43,833 nucleotides of DNA from an uncultured Acetobacteraceae bacterium (GCA_964244695.1 CAXTJZ010000001.1:1-43833), one strand, 5' to 3'. Counted from the stretch's first letter, positions 1 to 11,956 are shown. Notes: generated by a model not told the origin, from the sequence alone. Numbers and translations: made by a program.

Positions 1-102
1 AGAAGTTACGCACTCGTAGGGCCGCCTCCACCGTGCCAACCTGGTTCGGATGCGAACCTGCTGGTATGTGCGGCGGCCGCCTGCGGCCGAGGGGAGAGCC
101 TC

Positions 103-1632
103 ATACCATTTCGCCAAGCCATTCCGGGGACCTGCCGCGCGGGGCTGCTTCTGGCTGCCGCGGGATCCGTGCTTGGCGGTTGCGCGGTGGGGCCGAACTA
201 CGTGCGGCCGGCGCCGCCGCTGGCCGACCGGTTCACCGAAACCCGCCTGCCCGGCAGCACAGGCGGTGTTGCCGCCAAGGCCGGCACGAACCAGATCTTC
301 GAACCCGGCGCGGACGTGCCCGGCGATTGGTGGAGCCTGTTCCGCTCGCCGGCGCTGACCAGGCTGGTGGCGGCGGCGATCCGGCAGAATCCGACGCTGG
401 AGGCCACCGCGGAGACGTTGCGGCAGGCGCAGGAGACCACGATCGCGCAGCAGGGCGCGTTCTTTCCGGCCGTCTCCGCCCAGCTGACCCGCACGCGGGA
501 GAAGGTGAGCGGCGCCGAAGCCGGGCTGGTGGGGCCGACTGCGGTGAGCGAGAGTTTTGGCTTCTACCAGGGCCAGCTCAACATCTCCTACACTTTCGAC
601 GTCTGGGGGCAGATACGCCGTACCGTGGAGGCGGACGCTGCCGCGGCGCAAGTGCAGCGTTTTCAGTTGGAAGGAGCCACCAACATGCTGGCCGCCAACA
701 CGGCGACAGCGGCGATCAACGCGGCCTCGTTGCGCGCGCAGATCGCCGCCGAGGAGGAGTTGGTGGACGCCGAGCAGCACCTGCTGACGACGGTGCGAAG
801 CCAGTTCCAGCTCGGCGGCGCCACGGGCACGGATGTGGCGACGCAGGAGGCGCAACTCGCAAACACCCAGGCGCTGGTGGTGCCGCTGCAGACGCAGTTG
901 CAGCAGGCGCGCGACCAACTGGCCGACTATCTGGGCCGTGTCCCCGAGGAGGCCGACATACCGGTGCTGCGCTTGGAGGACCTGCATTTGCCAGGTACTT
1001 TGCCGGTGAGCCTCCCGTCCCGCTTGGTCGATCAGCGGCCCGATGTCAGAGCTTCGGCCGAGCAGCTGCATCAGGCGACCGCCCAGGTGGGCGTTGCTAT
1101 CGCCAACCGACTGCCGCAGTTCACGCTGCAGGGCTCGCTGGGCAGTGCACCGGCGAAAATCGGCGACCTGTTCACGCCCGGCAACGGCATTTACACGATC
1201 ATCACCCAGGCGCTGGCGCCTGTGTTCGAGGGCGGCACGCTGCTGCACCAGCAACGCGCGGCGTACGCGGCGGCGCGCTCGGCGGCGGCGAACTACCGCG
1301 CGACGGTGGTGGGCGCGTTCCAGAACGTGGCGGACGTGCTGACGGCGCTGGAGGGTGACGCGCGGGCGCTGGCCGCCAACGAGGCGGCCGAGCAGGCCGC
1401 GGCGCGCAGCCTGAGCCTGGCCAGGCTGCAATACGGCGCGGGCGGGGTGGCTTACCTGACGGTGCTGACGTCCCAGACGCAGTACCAGAATGCGGTGATC
1501 GGGCTGATACGGGCGCAGGCGGCGCGCTATACGGACACGGTGGCGCTTTACGTGGCGTTGGGCGGCGGCTGGTGGCACCGAGACGATCTGCCGCCGCCGC
1601 CTGAGAAACTTCTGAGGTCTCTGCTGCCATGA
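103..1632 (+). CDS. RND efflux outer membrane lipoprotein (NodT/OprM family)
   Basis: Lipobox LGGC then AVGPNY..P, WW.LF.SP.L..LV, RPDVRA.E..L, LYVALGGGW. The frame is open upstream of the GTG at 169 through a hydrophobic signal (GLLLAAAGSVLGGC). An in-frame ATA at 103 follows GGGGAGAG. Start uncertain. Confidence 0.9.
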   Translation: MPFRQAIPGTCRAGLLLAAAGSVLGGCAVGPNYVRPAPPLADRFTETRLPGSTGGVAAKAGTNQIFEPGADVPGDWWSLFRSPALTRLVAAAIRQNPTLEATAETLRQAQETTIAQQGAFFPAVSAQLTRTREKVSGAEAGLVGPTAVSESFGFYQGQLNISYTFDVWGQIRRTVEADAAAAQVQRFQLEGATNMLAANTATAAINAASLRAQIAAEEELVDAEQHLLTTVRSQFQLGGATGTDVATQEAQLANTQALVVPLQTQLQQARDQLADYLGRVPEEADIPVLRLEDLHLPGTLPVSLPSRLVDQRPDVRASAEQLHQATAQVGVAIANRLPQFTLQGSLGSAPAKIGDLFTPGNGIYTIITQALAPVFEGGTLLHQQRAAYAAARSAAANYRATVVGAFQNVADVLTALEGDARALAANEAAEQAAARSLSLARLQYGAGGVAYLTVLTSQTQYQNAVIGLIRAQAARYTDTVALYVALGGGWWHRDDLPPPPEKLLRSLLP

Positions 1633-2786
1633 CAGAAAGCAAGCAGTTCTTTTCTGAAGAAAAGAACCAAAGAACTTTTACTCCGCTGTCGCGCGCTGGC
1701 CGACAGGCCGCCGACAGGGAGCAAAAGTCTTTTGCTTCTTTTCTTCAGAAAAGAAGATTCTTCCTTGCCTTGCTTTTGGCGTCGCCCGCCTATGCGCAGG
1801 AACCCCCGGCCACGGTCAGCACGATAGTGGCGCGCATGACGGACTGGCAGGACACGCTGCAGGCTGTAGGCACCGTGCGCGCCGTGCGCGGCGCCGACCT
1901 TGCCAGCGAGATTTCCGGTGTTGTGGACAGCGTGGATTTCGACTCCGGGCATGACGTGGCGGCCGGCACGGTGCTGCTGCGGCTGCGGCCGAACGACGAT
2001 GCGGCGCATCTGGCCGATCTGCAGGCGGCCGCCGACCTGGCGGCGGCGAACCTGGCGCGCGACACGAAGCAGTTCCGCGCGCAGGCGGTCAGCCAGGCGA
2101 GTATCGACGCCGATGACAGCCATCTACGGTCCGCGCGGGCTCAGGTGAGCCAGGCGCAGGCGCTGGCGGCGGAGAAGATCGTGCGTGCGCCGTTCGCCGG
2201 GCGGCTTGGGCTGCGCATGGTTGATCAGGGGCAGTATCTGCCGGCGGGCACGACGGTGGTGACGTTGCAGGCGCTCGATCCGTTGTACGTCGATTTCTAC
2301 GTGCCGCAGCAGGCGCTGGCCGAGGTGAAGCTCGGCGAGACGGCGGTGCTGCATGTGGATGCCTATCCTGGCCGTGACTTCACCGGCCGCATCACGGCGA
2401 TAAGCCCGAAGCTGGATGCGAACAGCCGCATGGCCCAGGTGCGCGCCACGCTCTCCAACACGGACCACGCGCTGGTGCCCGGCATGTTCGCCAGCGTGGA
2501 GCTGCATACGGGCGAGGTGCACCATTACGTCACGCTGCCGAATGCAGCGATCGTGTATAATCCCTACGGCAGCCTAGTGTATGTCGTGGAGCACGGGGTG
2601 GCGCACCAGACGGTGGTGCGCACGGGGCCTACGCGTGGTGACCAGGTGGCGGTGACCGCCGGGCTTGCCGATGGCGCCACGGTTGTGACGGCGGGGCAGA
2701 TCAAGCTGCGGCAGGGCTCGCAAGTGGTGGTGAATAACAGCGTGCTTCCGTCTGATGATCCTCGGCCGCATCCGGTGGAGGAGTAA
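1629..2786 (+). CDS. RND efflux periplasmic adaptor (membrane fusion protein); N-terminal ~47 aa encoded by the palindromic repeat
   Basis: AVGTVRAVRG, IVRAPFAGRLG, L.PGMFA and GL..G..VVTAGQ.KL motifs. ATGA overlap with the upstream stop. Confidence 0.9.
   Translation: MTESKQFFSEEKNQRTFTPLSRAGRQAADREQKSFASFLQKRRFFLALLLASPAYAQEPPATVSTIVARMTDWQDTLQAVGTVRAVRGADLASEISGVVDSVDFDSGHDVAAGTVLLRLRPNDDAAHLADLQAAADLAAANLARDTKQFRAQAVSQASIDADDSHLRSARAQVSQAQALAAEKIVRAPFAGRLGLRMVDQGQYLPAGTTVVTLQALDPLYVDFYVPQQALAEVKLGETAVLHVDAYPGRDFTGRITAISPKLDANSRMAQVRATLSNTDHALVPGMFASVELHTGEVHHYVTLPNAAIVYNPYGSLVYVVEHGVAHQTVVRTGPTRGDQVAVTAGLADGATVVTAGQIKLRQGSQVVVNNSVLPSDDPRPHPVEE
1634..1775. repeat. AT-rich palindromic element, full copy, in frame in the MFP N-terminus
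   Basis: AAGCAAGCAGTTCTTTTCTGAAGAAAAGAACCAAAGAACTTTT...AAAAGTCTTTTGCTTCTTTTCTTCAGAAAAGAAG. Confidence 0.92.
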
Positions 2787-2978
2787 GGCAAGTGAAGAAA
2801 GAAAGGCCTTCTTTTTTGCAAAAAAGAAGCAAAAAACTTTTGTATCTTACGGCTGCATCGGGGCGGTGTCCGATCCTGCCAACGCGCGCACTTGCAGAAC
2901 GGGACGAAGCCGTTGTGCAAGCGCAGGAGCAGAAATTTTTTGCTTCTTTTTTGCAAAAAAGACGGCCTTGCTTCCTTA
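2783..2978. repeat. AT-rich palindromic element, full copy, long spacer
   Basis: GGCCTTCTTTTTTGCAAAAAAGAAGCAAAAAACTTTT and an inverted arm ending GGCCTTGCTTCCTTA. Confidence 0.92.
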
Positions 2979-2994
2979 ACCCAGGAGCCACCCC

Positions 2995-5900
2995 ATGCGC
3001 CTGACAGACATGTTCATCCTGCGTCCGGTCCTGTCGGTCGTCGTCAGCGTGTTCATCCTGCTGCTCGGCCTGGGATCAGAACGCGTTTTGCCCGTCAGGC
3101 AATTTCCCAAAACGGTGAACGCGCTCATACAGGTGGAGACGACGTATTACGGTGCGGATGCCAGCACGATGGCGGGCTTCATCACCACGCCGATCGAGAA
3201 CGCCATCGCGCAGGTCGACGGGATCGACTACCTGACCAGCACGAGCATGACCGGTGACAGCACGATCACCGCGCATCTGCGGCTGAACCAGGACCCGGAC
3301 CGCGCGCTGACGGAAATACAGACGCAGCTCAGCGCCGTGCATGACCAGTTGCCGCGCGAGTCCCAGACACCAACGGTGCATCTGCAGACGGGCGGGCAGG
3401 GCGGCACGCTGATCCTGGCGTTCACCAGCGACATCATGACGCCGGCGCAGATTACCGACTATCTAACGCGCGTGGTGCAGCCGCAAATACAGGCGACACC
3501 CGGCGTGCAGGTGGCGCAGGTTTGGGGCGCGCAGAACTTTGCCGTGCGCGCCTGGCTCGATCCGGTGAAGCTTGCGGCGCACAACTTGACGGCGGCAGAT
3601 GTTTCCGCCGCCATGGCGGCGAACAACTTCACGTCGGCCGCCGGGTCCACGTCCGGACAGATGGTGCAGATGCCGATCGGCATCACCACCGGCGTGCACA
3701 CGCTGCCGGAGTTCCGTAACCTGGTCATCAAGCAGTCCAACGGGGCTATCACGCGGCTGGGTGATCTGGCGACGGTGGAGCTGGGTTCGGACAACTACCA
3801 GCAGGCGCTGCTGTTCAGCGGCAAGCCTACCATATTGATCGACGTGGAAGCGGTGCCGACGGCCAACGTGCTGGACCTGGTGAGCCGTGTGCGCGCCAAG
3901 TTCGATGCGCTGAAGGCCGATCTGCCGCAGGGCCTGCATGCCGACATCGCCAACGACGTGACGGCGAACGTCCGGCAGTCCATCAGCGAGGTCGTGAAGA
4001 CGCTGCTGGAGAGCCTGGCGATCGTGGCCGTGGTGGTGTTCGCCTTCCTGCGTTCGGCGCGTGCTTCGATGATACCGGTGATCACCATCCCGCTGTCGCT
4101 GGTCGGCACGTTCGCCATACTCTGGCTGTTCGGGTTCTCGATCAACCTGCTCACCCTGCTCGCGCTGGTGCTGGCGACCGGGCTCGTCGTGGATGACGCC
4201 ATCATCGTCGTGGAGAACGTGAGTCGCGAGATGTCCGAGGGTGCTACGCCCCTGGAGGCGGCAATGCGTTCGGCGCGCAGCCTGTCGGGGCCGATCGTAG
4301 CGATGACTGTGGTGCTGGTTGCCGTGTACGTGCCGATTGCGCTACGTAACGGATTGACGGGCGCGCTATTTCGCGAGTTCGCGCTGACTTTGGTGGGCAG
4401 CGTGACGGTCTCGGCCGTGCTGGCGCTTACGCTTTCGCCGATGATGTGCCGTTTCCTGCTGCGCGCGCCCCGGCATGTGGAACGCCATGGCACATTAGGG
4501 CCGATGCAGCGCGCCTACCGTCCGGCGTTGCGGCTGGCACTGACGCTGCGGCCGCTCATGGTGCTGTTCGGGCTGGCGGTGTTTGCCGGCAGCTATTTCC
4601 TCTACGCCGGTTCGACGACGGAGCTGGCGCCTCAGGAGGACGTGGGCTTTCTGGACGTGGGCGGGTCGGTGGCACCGACGGCAGGCATCGACCAGCTTCG
4701 CCTGTACGACAAGCAGATAACGGCGATCGAGAAAGGCCTGCCGGAGTTCTCCGACTCCTACCTGTTTGATCAGCCCGGTCAGTCGGGTGGCGGGCTCAGG
4801 CTCAAGCCGTTTGCCCAGCGGACACGCTCGGCAACGGAGGTGATGAGCGACATGCAGGCCAAGCTCTCGGGGATTGCCGGCGAGAACCTGGCGGTGTTTC
4901 AGCCTTCGCCGCTGCCAGGCAGTTTTGGCGAACTGCCGATCGGCTACGTCATCAAGACCACCCGGCCGTTCAGCGAGTTGGACGGTGTATCCCGGCGTTT
5001 TCTGGAAGAGGCGCAGAAGAGCGGCCTGTTCGCCTTCATCGACCGGGACCTCAAGATCGACCTGCCGCAGGCGACGATCGTGATCGACCGCAACAAGGTG
5101 GCCGCACTCGGGCTGGACATGACGCAGGTGGGCAGCGTGCTGAACACGCTGCTGAGCGGCGGTTATGTCAATTACTTCGATCTGGCCGGCCGGTCGTACA
5201 AGGTCATCCCGCAGGTGACGCGCGCGAACCGGCTTAACGCGGACCAGCTGCAATCCTTCACCATAGCAAATGTGGGCGGCGTGCCGATCCCGCTTTCCGC
5301 GGTGGCGCATATCGAGATGACAACAGTGCCGGAGAACATCAGCCACTTCCAGCAGATGAACTCGGCAAGCCTGACCGGCGTGCCGCTTCCTGGCGTGACG
5401 CAAGGCGATGCGATGACGGCGCTGGACGCGATTGCCGCGCGCGTGCTGCCGCCCGACTACGCCACGGACACCAGCGGTCCGCTGCGCCAGTTCGTGCAAG
5501 AATCTTCCGGCTTCGCTGCCACGTTCGGCTTCGCCGTGGTGGTGATCTATCTGTCGCTGGCAGCGTTGTTCGGCAGCTTCCGCGACCCGCTCATCATCCT
5601 TGTCTCGGTGCCGATGTCCCTGGCGGGCGCGCTGCTGTTCATCTATTTCGGCGTGCACGGCGCCACCCTGAACATCTATTCCGAAGTGGGGCTGGTGACG
5701 TTGATGGGGCTGATCAGCAAGCACGGCATCCTGATGGTGGAGGTTGCAAACGAGCAGCAGGCGCTGGGCCGTACGAAGCGCGAGGCCATCGAGCACGCGG
5801 CGCTGCTGCGCTTGCGGCCGATCCTGATGACCACGGCGGCGATGGTGCTTGGTGTGGCCCCTCTGGTGTTCGCGACTGGCGCCGGCGCCGCCGCGCGGTT

Positions 5901-6057
5901 CTCCATGGGGCTTGTAATTGCGTCGGGGTTGGCGATCGGGACGTTGTTCACGCTGTTCGTTGTGCCGGCGTTCTATCTGGTGCTGGCGCGACGGCATGTG
6001 ACGGAGGTGCATCCGCAGGGCGCGGCGTTGCGCGGTGTTGCCGTAGCGTCAGAGTAA
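2995..6057 (+). CDS. RND efflux permease (AcrB/MexW-like)
   Basis: 1020 aa with FI.RPV, GLVVDDAIIVVEN, ALTLSPMMC, KHGILMVE and RLRPILMTT motifs. SD AGGAG upstream. Confidence 0.95.
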   Translation: MRLTDMFILRPVLSVVVSVFILLLGLGSERVLPVRQFPKTVNALIQVETTYYGADASTMAGFITTPIENAIAQVDGIDYLTSTSMTGDSTITAHLRLNQDPDRALTEIQTQLSAVHDQLPRESQTPTVHLQTGGQGGTLILAFTSDIMTPAQITDYLTRVVQPQIQATPGVQVAQVWGAQNFAVRAWLDPVKLAAHNLTAADVSAAMAANNFTSAAGSTSGQMVQMPIGITTGVHTLPEFRNLVIKQSNGAITRLGDLATVELGSDNYQQALLFSGKPTILIDVEAVPTANVLDLVSRVRAKFDALKADLPQGLHADIANDVTANVRQSISEVVKTLLESLAIVAVVVFAFLRSARASMIPVITIPLSLVGTFAILWLFGFSINLLTLLALVLATGLVVDDAIIVVENVSREMSEGATPLEAAMRSARSLSGPIVAMTVVLVAVYVPIALRNGLTGALFREFALTLVGSVTVSAVLALTLSPMMCRFLLRAPRHVERHGTLGPMQRAYRPALRLALTLRPLMVLFGLAVFAGSYFLYAGSTTELAPQEDVGFLDVGGSVAPTAGIDQLRLYDKQITAIEKGLPEFSDSYLFDQPGQSGGGLRLKPFAQRTRSATEVMSDMQAKLSGIAGENLAVFQPSPLPGSFGELPIGYVIKTTRPFSELDGVSRRFLEEAQKSGLFAFIDRDLKIDLPQATIVIDRNKVAALGLDMTQVGSVLNTLLSGGYVNYFDLAGRSYKVIPQVTRANRLNADQLQSFTIANVGGVPIPLSAVAHIEMTTVPENISHFQQMNSASLTGVPLPGVTQGDAMTALDAIAARVLPPDYATDTSGPLRQFVQESSGFAATFGFAVVVIYLSLAALFGSFRDPLIILVSVPMSLAGALLFIYFGVHGATLNIYSEVGLVTLMGLISKHGILMVEVANEQQALGRTKREAIEHAALLRLRPILMTTAAMVLGVAPLVFATGAGAAARFSMGLVIASGLAIGTLFTLFVVPAFYLVLARRHVTEVHPQGAALRGVAVASE

Positions 6058-6214
6058 GCAAGAAAGCGGTTCATTCTTGAAGGATCGAAGAAGTCTTGCT
6101 GCCGCGCATTTGCAGCAGTCGTGTGCTTCAGAGCAGAACCGGGCTGCTGCACCGGCGTAGGGACAAAAGTTTTTTGCTTCTTTTTTTCCAAAAAAGAAGG
6201 CCTTTCTTCCTTAC
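6054..6214. repeat. AT-rich palindromic element, left arm decayed
   Basis: GTAAGCAAGAAAGCGGTTC...AAAAGTTTTTTGCTTCTTTTTTTCCAAAAAAGAAGGCCTTTCTTCCTTAC. Confidence 0.9.
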
Positions 6215-6229
6215 GACGAAAGCCAACAC

Positions 6230-7060
6230 ATGGAACACCGCGCGTTCGGCCCAAACCGCGCCAGCGTGGCTGCGATCGGCCAAGGCACCTGGCAGATGGA
6301 TCGCCGGCAGGCGACGCAGGCCCTGCAGCGCGGTCTCGATCTCGATATGACGCATGTCGACACAGCAGAGATGTATGAGGGTGCGGAGGAGATCGTGGCC
6401 GAGGCGATTGCCGGCCGGCGCGGGCATGTGTTCCTGGTCTCCAAGGTGCTGCCGTCCAACGCGTCACGCGATGGCACGATCAAGGCCTGCGAGCGAACGC
6501 TGGCGAAGCTGCGCACGGACCACCTGGACTGCTACCTGCTGCATTGGCCGGGTCGGCACCGGCTGGAAGACACGATCGGGGCGTTTGAAAGCCTGGTACA
6601 GCAGGGCAAGATCAGGACCTGGGGCTTGAGCAATTTCGATGTGGACGGGCTGGAGGCGGCCGAGCGGGTCAGCGGCGGTGGCAGGATCGCGTGCAACCAG
6701 GTGCTGTATCACCTGCAGGAGCGCGCGATAGAGCACGCCGTGCTGCCCTGGTGCGAGGCCCATGGGGTGAGCCTGGTCGCCTACAGCCCGTTTGGCAGCG
6801 GCGATTTTCCTGCACCGGGTTCGCCTGGTGGCCGGACGTTGCAGCATGTGGCCGATGCGCACGGTGCCACGCCGCGCCAGGTTGCCTTGCGGTTCCTGCT
6901 GCGCGAGCCGCATGTGTTCGTCATACCGAAGGCGTCCAGCATCGCGCATGTGGAGGAGAACGCCGGCGCCTATGGGCTGGCGTTAACTGACGCCGACCTG
7001 GCGTTGCTGGAAAGTGCGTTCCCGCGCGGGAAGCGGCCGGCGGCATTGCCGATGTTGTAG
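6230..7060 (+). CDS. aldo/keto reductase
   Basis: IGQGTW, DTAEMY, FLVSKV, LDCYLLHWP, GKIR.WGLSNF, AYSPFG, VIPKAS. Confidence 0.92.
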   Translation: MEHRAFGPNRASVAAIGQGTWQMDRRQATQALQRGLDLDMTHVDTAEMYEGAEEIVAEAIAGRRGHVFLVSKVLPSNASRDGTIKACERTLAKLRTDHLDCYLLHWPGRHRLEDTIGAFESLVQQGKIRTWGLSNFDVDGLEAAERVSGGGRIACNQVLYHLQERAIEHAVLPWCEAHGVSLVAYSPFGSGDFPAPGSPGGRTLQHVADAHGATPRQVALRFLLREPHVFVIPKASSIAHVEENAGAYGLALTDADLALLESAFPRGKRPAALPML

Positions 7061-7082
7061 GGCGTTGTGGACGGTGTAGAGA

Positions 7083-7135
7083 GTAAGCAGGCAGTCCTGG
7101 TCGGAAGTAAGGACCAAATCTTTTGCGCCCTGTCG
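7083..7135. repeat. decayed single arm of the palindromic element
   Basis: GTAAGCAGGCAGTCCT...AGGACCAAATCTTTTGCGCCCTGTCGG. Confidence 0.6.
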
Positions 7136-7157
7136 GGTGCTGGCTGGATGGGCATAC

Positions 7158-7846
7158 GTGAAGACCGCGCTGGTTATCTTCCCTGGGACCAATCGGGAGC
7201 GGGATGTGGCGATCGCGCTGTCGCAGGCGGCCGGGCAGGCGCCGCGCCTGGTTTGGCATCGGGAGACCGAGCTGGGCGACGTGGACCTGGCGGTGTTGCC
7301 GGGCGGGTTCAGCCATGGCGACTACCTGCGTTGCGGGGCGATGGCCGCGCAGTCGCCCATCATGCCGGCGCTGCGCGCGTTTGCGGCGCGCGGGGGGCAC
7401 ATACTCGGGATATGCAACGGGTTCCAGATCCTGACGGAGGCTGGGCTGCTGCCTGGGGCGCTGCTGCGCAATGCGGGCCTGCGGTTCATCAGTCGGGACT
7501 GTCATCTGCGGGTGGAGCGCGCCGGCACGGCGTTCACGCGGCTGTATGCGCAAGGGCAGGTGTTTCGGGCGCCCATGGCGCATGGTGACGGCAATTATTT
7601 TGCCGCGCCGGAGACGGTGGCGATGCTGGAAGGCGACGGGCGGGTGGCGTTCCGTTACGTGTCGGCTTCCGGGGAACTGACGCCCGGCGCCAACCTCAAC
7701 GGCAGCTTGAACGCGATTGCCGGGGTGTACAGCGAGAACCTGCGGGTGCTGGGGCTTATGCCGCATCCGGAGGACCTGGTCAATCCGCTGATGGGCGGGA
7801 TCGACGGGCGGCCGCTGTTCGACGGCCTCGTGCACGCGCTGGCGGC

Positions 7847-7850
<4 letters not shown>
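7158..7850 (+). CDS. purQ: phosphoribosylformylglycinamidine synthase subunit PurQ
   Basis: FPGTN, PGGFS.GDYLR, GICNGFQ (catalytic Cys), NGS and MPHPE motifs. GTG start at 7158. Confidence 0.95.
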
Positions 7851-10039
<2,189 letters not shown>

Positions 10040-10044
10040 ACCAG

Positions 10045-10293
10045 ATGGCGATGTCGGCCGCCGAGATAGAGACCCTGATACGCACGGCTTTGCCGGATGC
10101 CGAGGTGAGCGTGGAGGATCTGGCCGGCGACGGCGACCACTACGCCGCCCGTATCGTTAGCGAGAGTTTCAGGGGCCGCAGCCGTATCCAGCAGCACCAG
10201 ATGGTGTTCTCGGCATTGGGCGGCCGCATGGGCGGCGTGCTCCACGCGCTGGCGTTGCAGACTTCCGTGCCAAACCAGGAGATTTCCCGATGA
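10045..10293 (+). CDS. bolA: BolA family protein
   Basis: DLAGDGDHY, F.G.SR.QQHQMV, LHALALQT. Adjacent to a monothiol glutaredoxin. Confidence 0.9.
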   Translation: MAMSAAEIETLIRTALPDAEVSVEDLAGDGDHYAARIVSESFRGRSRIQQHQMVFSALGGRMGGVLHALALQTSVPNQEISR

Positions 10294-10631
10294 GTGACAC
10301 AGCAACCACCGCCCGCATCGAGCAGGAGATCAGCCAAAACCCCGTCATGCTCTACATGAAGGGCACGGCGATGTTTCCGCAATGCGGCTTCTCCGCCCGC
10401 GTGGTGCAGATCCTGACCCATCTGGGCGTGCAGTTCGGCACCGCGAACGTGCTGGAAGACCCGGCTCTGCGTGATGGGATCAAGGCGTTCTCGAATTGGC
10501 CGACCGTGCCGCAGCTCTACGTGAAGGGCGAGTTCGTGGGCGGGTGCGACATCATCACCGAGATGTTCCAGGCGGGCGAGCTGGAGAGCTTGCTGGCCGA
10601 GAAGGGTGTGGCGCATACGGCGCAGGCCTAA
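10290..10631 (+). CDS. grxD: Grx4 family monothiol glutaredoxin
   Basis: MKGT..FPQCGFS, WPT.PQLYV.GEFVGGCDI. Confidence 0.95.
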   Translation: MSDTATTARIEQEISQNPVMLYMKGTAMFPQCGFSARVVQILTHLGVQFGTANVLEDPALRDGIKAFSNWPTVPQLYVKGEFVGGCDIITEMFQAGELESLLAEKGVAHTAQA

Positions 10632-10770
10632 GCAAGCAAGGCCTTCTTTTTTGAAAAAAAGAAGCAAAAAACTTTTGCTCCCTGTCGGCGGCTGCTGAAA
10701 CGCGGCGCGACAGCGGAGCGAAAGTTTTTTGGTTCCTTTTTTCAAAAAAGAACTGCTTGCTTTCTTCTGA
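10629..10770. repeat. AT-rich palindromic element, full copy
   Basis: Near-consensus GGCC arm and GCAG arm filling the grxD-TetR gap. Confidence 0.95.
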
Positions 10771-11379
10771 ATGGCTGCCCGAGCCAGCTATCACCACGGA
10801 AACCTGCGCGAGGCCCTGATCGAGGCCGCGCTGGACATGATACGCGCCAGCGGTCCTAACGGCTTTACATTGGCCGAGGTGGCGCGGGCCGTGGGCGTCA
10901 GCGGTGCCGCACCCTACCGGCACTTCCGCGACCGCAACGCGCTGATTGCCGAGATCGCCAAGCAGGGGTTCGAGAAGTCCGCCGAGGAGCTGTTCGCCGC
11001 GTGGGACGAGGGTCGGCCCAACCCGGTGGCCGCGGTCGAGGCTTGCGCCCGCGCCTATCTGGGATTCGCACGGCGGGAGCCGGCGTTCTACGCGGCCATG
11101 TTCGAGCCGGGGTTTCCGCTAGAAGACGACCCCGCCCTGCTTGCCGCGTCCGAACGGGCATTTGGCGTGCTGCGCCTTGCGGCCGATGCGGTGGTGCGCG
11201 CGATGAAGCAGGGAAAGCGGCCGCCATCGCTGATGGTGGCGCTGCACATCTGGTCGATGTGTCATGGTGTAGCATCGCTGTTCATCGAGGGGCCTAGCGG
11301 GTCTCGCCGCAAGCTGCCTATGGCGCCGGAGGATCTGCTGGAGGCTGGGCTGCTGATCTACTTGCAGTCGGTCGGATAG
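10771..11379 (+). CDS. TetR/AcrR family transcriptional regulator (WHG-type C-terminus)
   Basis: YHHGNLREAL, HTH TLAEVARAVGVS.AAPYRHF, WS..HG. Confidence 0.92.
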   Translation: MAARASYHHGNLREALIEAALDMIRASGPNGFTLAEVARAVGVSGAAPYRHFRDRNALIAEIAKQGFEKSAEELFAAWDEGRPNPVAAVEACARAYLGFARREPAFYAAMFEPGFPLEDDPALLAASERAFGVLRLAADAVVRAMKQGKRPPSLMVALHIWSMCHGVASLFIEGPSGSRRKLPMAPEDLLEAGLLIYLQSVG

Positions 11380-11470
11380 GGGCAGGAAGCAAGGCCTTCT
11401 TTTTTGAAAAAAAGAAGCAAAAAACTTTTGCTCCCTGTCGGCGAGTGCTGAAACAGGCGCCGACAGGGAG
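11377..11470. repeat. palindromic element, one arm plus internal GC hairpin
   Basis: Consensus GGCC arm, then CTCCCTGTCGGCG...CGCCGACAGGGAG. Confidence 0.9.
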
Positions 11471-11476
11471 ATGCGA

Positions 11477-11896
11477 ATGACGACCATAAGAGCCGCCTGC
11501 CACTGCGGCGCCGTGCGTTTCGAGGTAGCTTTGTGGGATGGTCTGAACACGGCGCGGCGCTGCACGTGTTCATACTGCCGGATGCGCGGTGCCGTGGCGG
11601 TTTCCGCGGAGCGCGGCGGCATACGCTTTCTGGAGGGGGAGGAGAAGCTGACCCGCTACAGCTTCAACACCAGGACGGCGCAGCATTTCTTCTGTTCGGT
11701 CTGCGGCATCTACACGCATCACCAGCGGCGCTCCAATCCGCGTCAGTTCGGGGTGAATGCGGCGTGCCTGGAGGGTGTCAGTCCGTTCGATTTTGCCGCC
11801 GTGCCGGTCCTGGACGGCGTGTCTCATCCAAGCGACGCGCCGCCGGGCACGCCGGCCAGGCAGGCGGGCGTCCTGCGGTTCGAGCCTGCAGGATGA
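11477..11896 (+). CDS. GFA family (CENP-V-like) Zn-binding protein
   Basis: CHCGAVRF, CTCSYCR, HFFCSVCGIYTHHQRRSNP. Alternative ATG at 11471. Confidence 0.9.
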   Translation: MTTIRAACHCGAVRFEVALWDGLNTARRCTCSYCRMRGAVAVSAERGGIRFLEGEEKLTRYSFNTRTAQHFFCSVCGIYTHHQRRSNPRQFGVNAACLEGVSPFDFAAVPVLDGVSHPSDAPPGTPARQAGVLRFEPAG

Positions 11897-11904
11897 ACAA
11901 GGGT

Positions 11905-11956
11905 CTTGACACCGGAGCCGGCTGATCTATCTATGTTAATGTGTTTCACATTCACA
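11905..11956 (+). promoter_or_regulatory. sigma70-type promoter with overlapping palindromic operator upstream of the DUF2852-like gene
   Basis: TTGACA at 11906-11911, CTATCT at 11927-11932, imperfect palindrome TGTTAATGTG-TTT-CACATTCACA at 11934-11956. Confidence 0.65.

Noticed and set aside
2564-3257. Short ORFs with KSFLLLFFKKE / FFEKKNQKTF peptides, here and at other copies
   Set aside because: These are shadow translations of the repeat, not independent genes.
7061-7157. purS upstream of purQ
   Set aside because: The gap is too short and holds only a decayed repeat arm. purS is presumably elsewhere.
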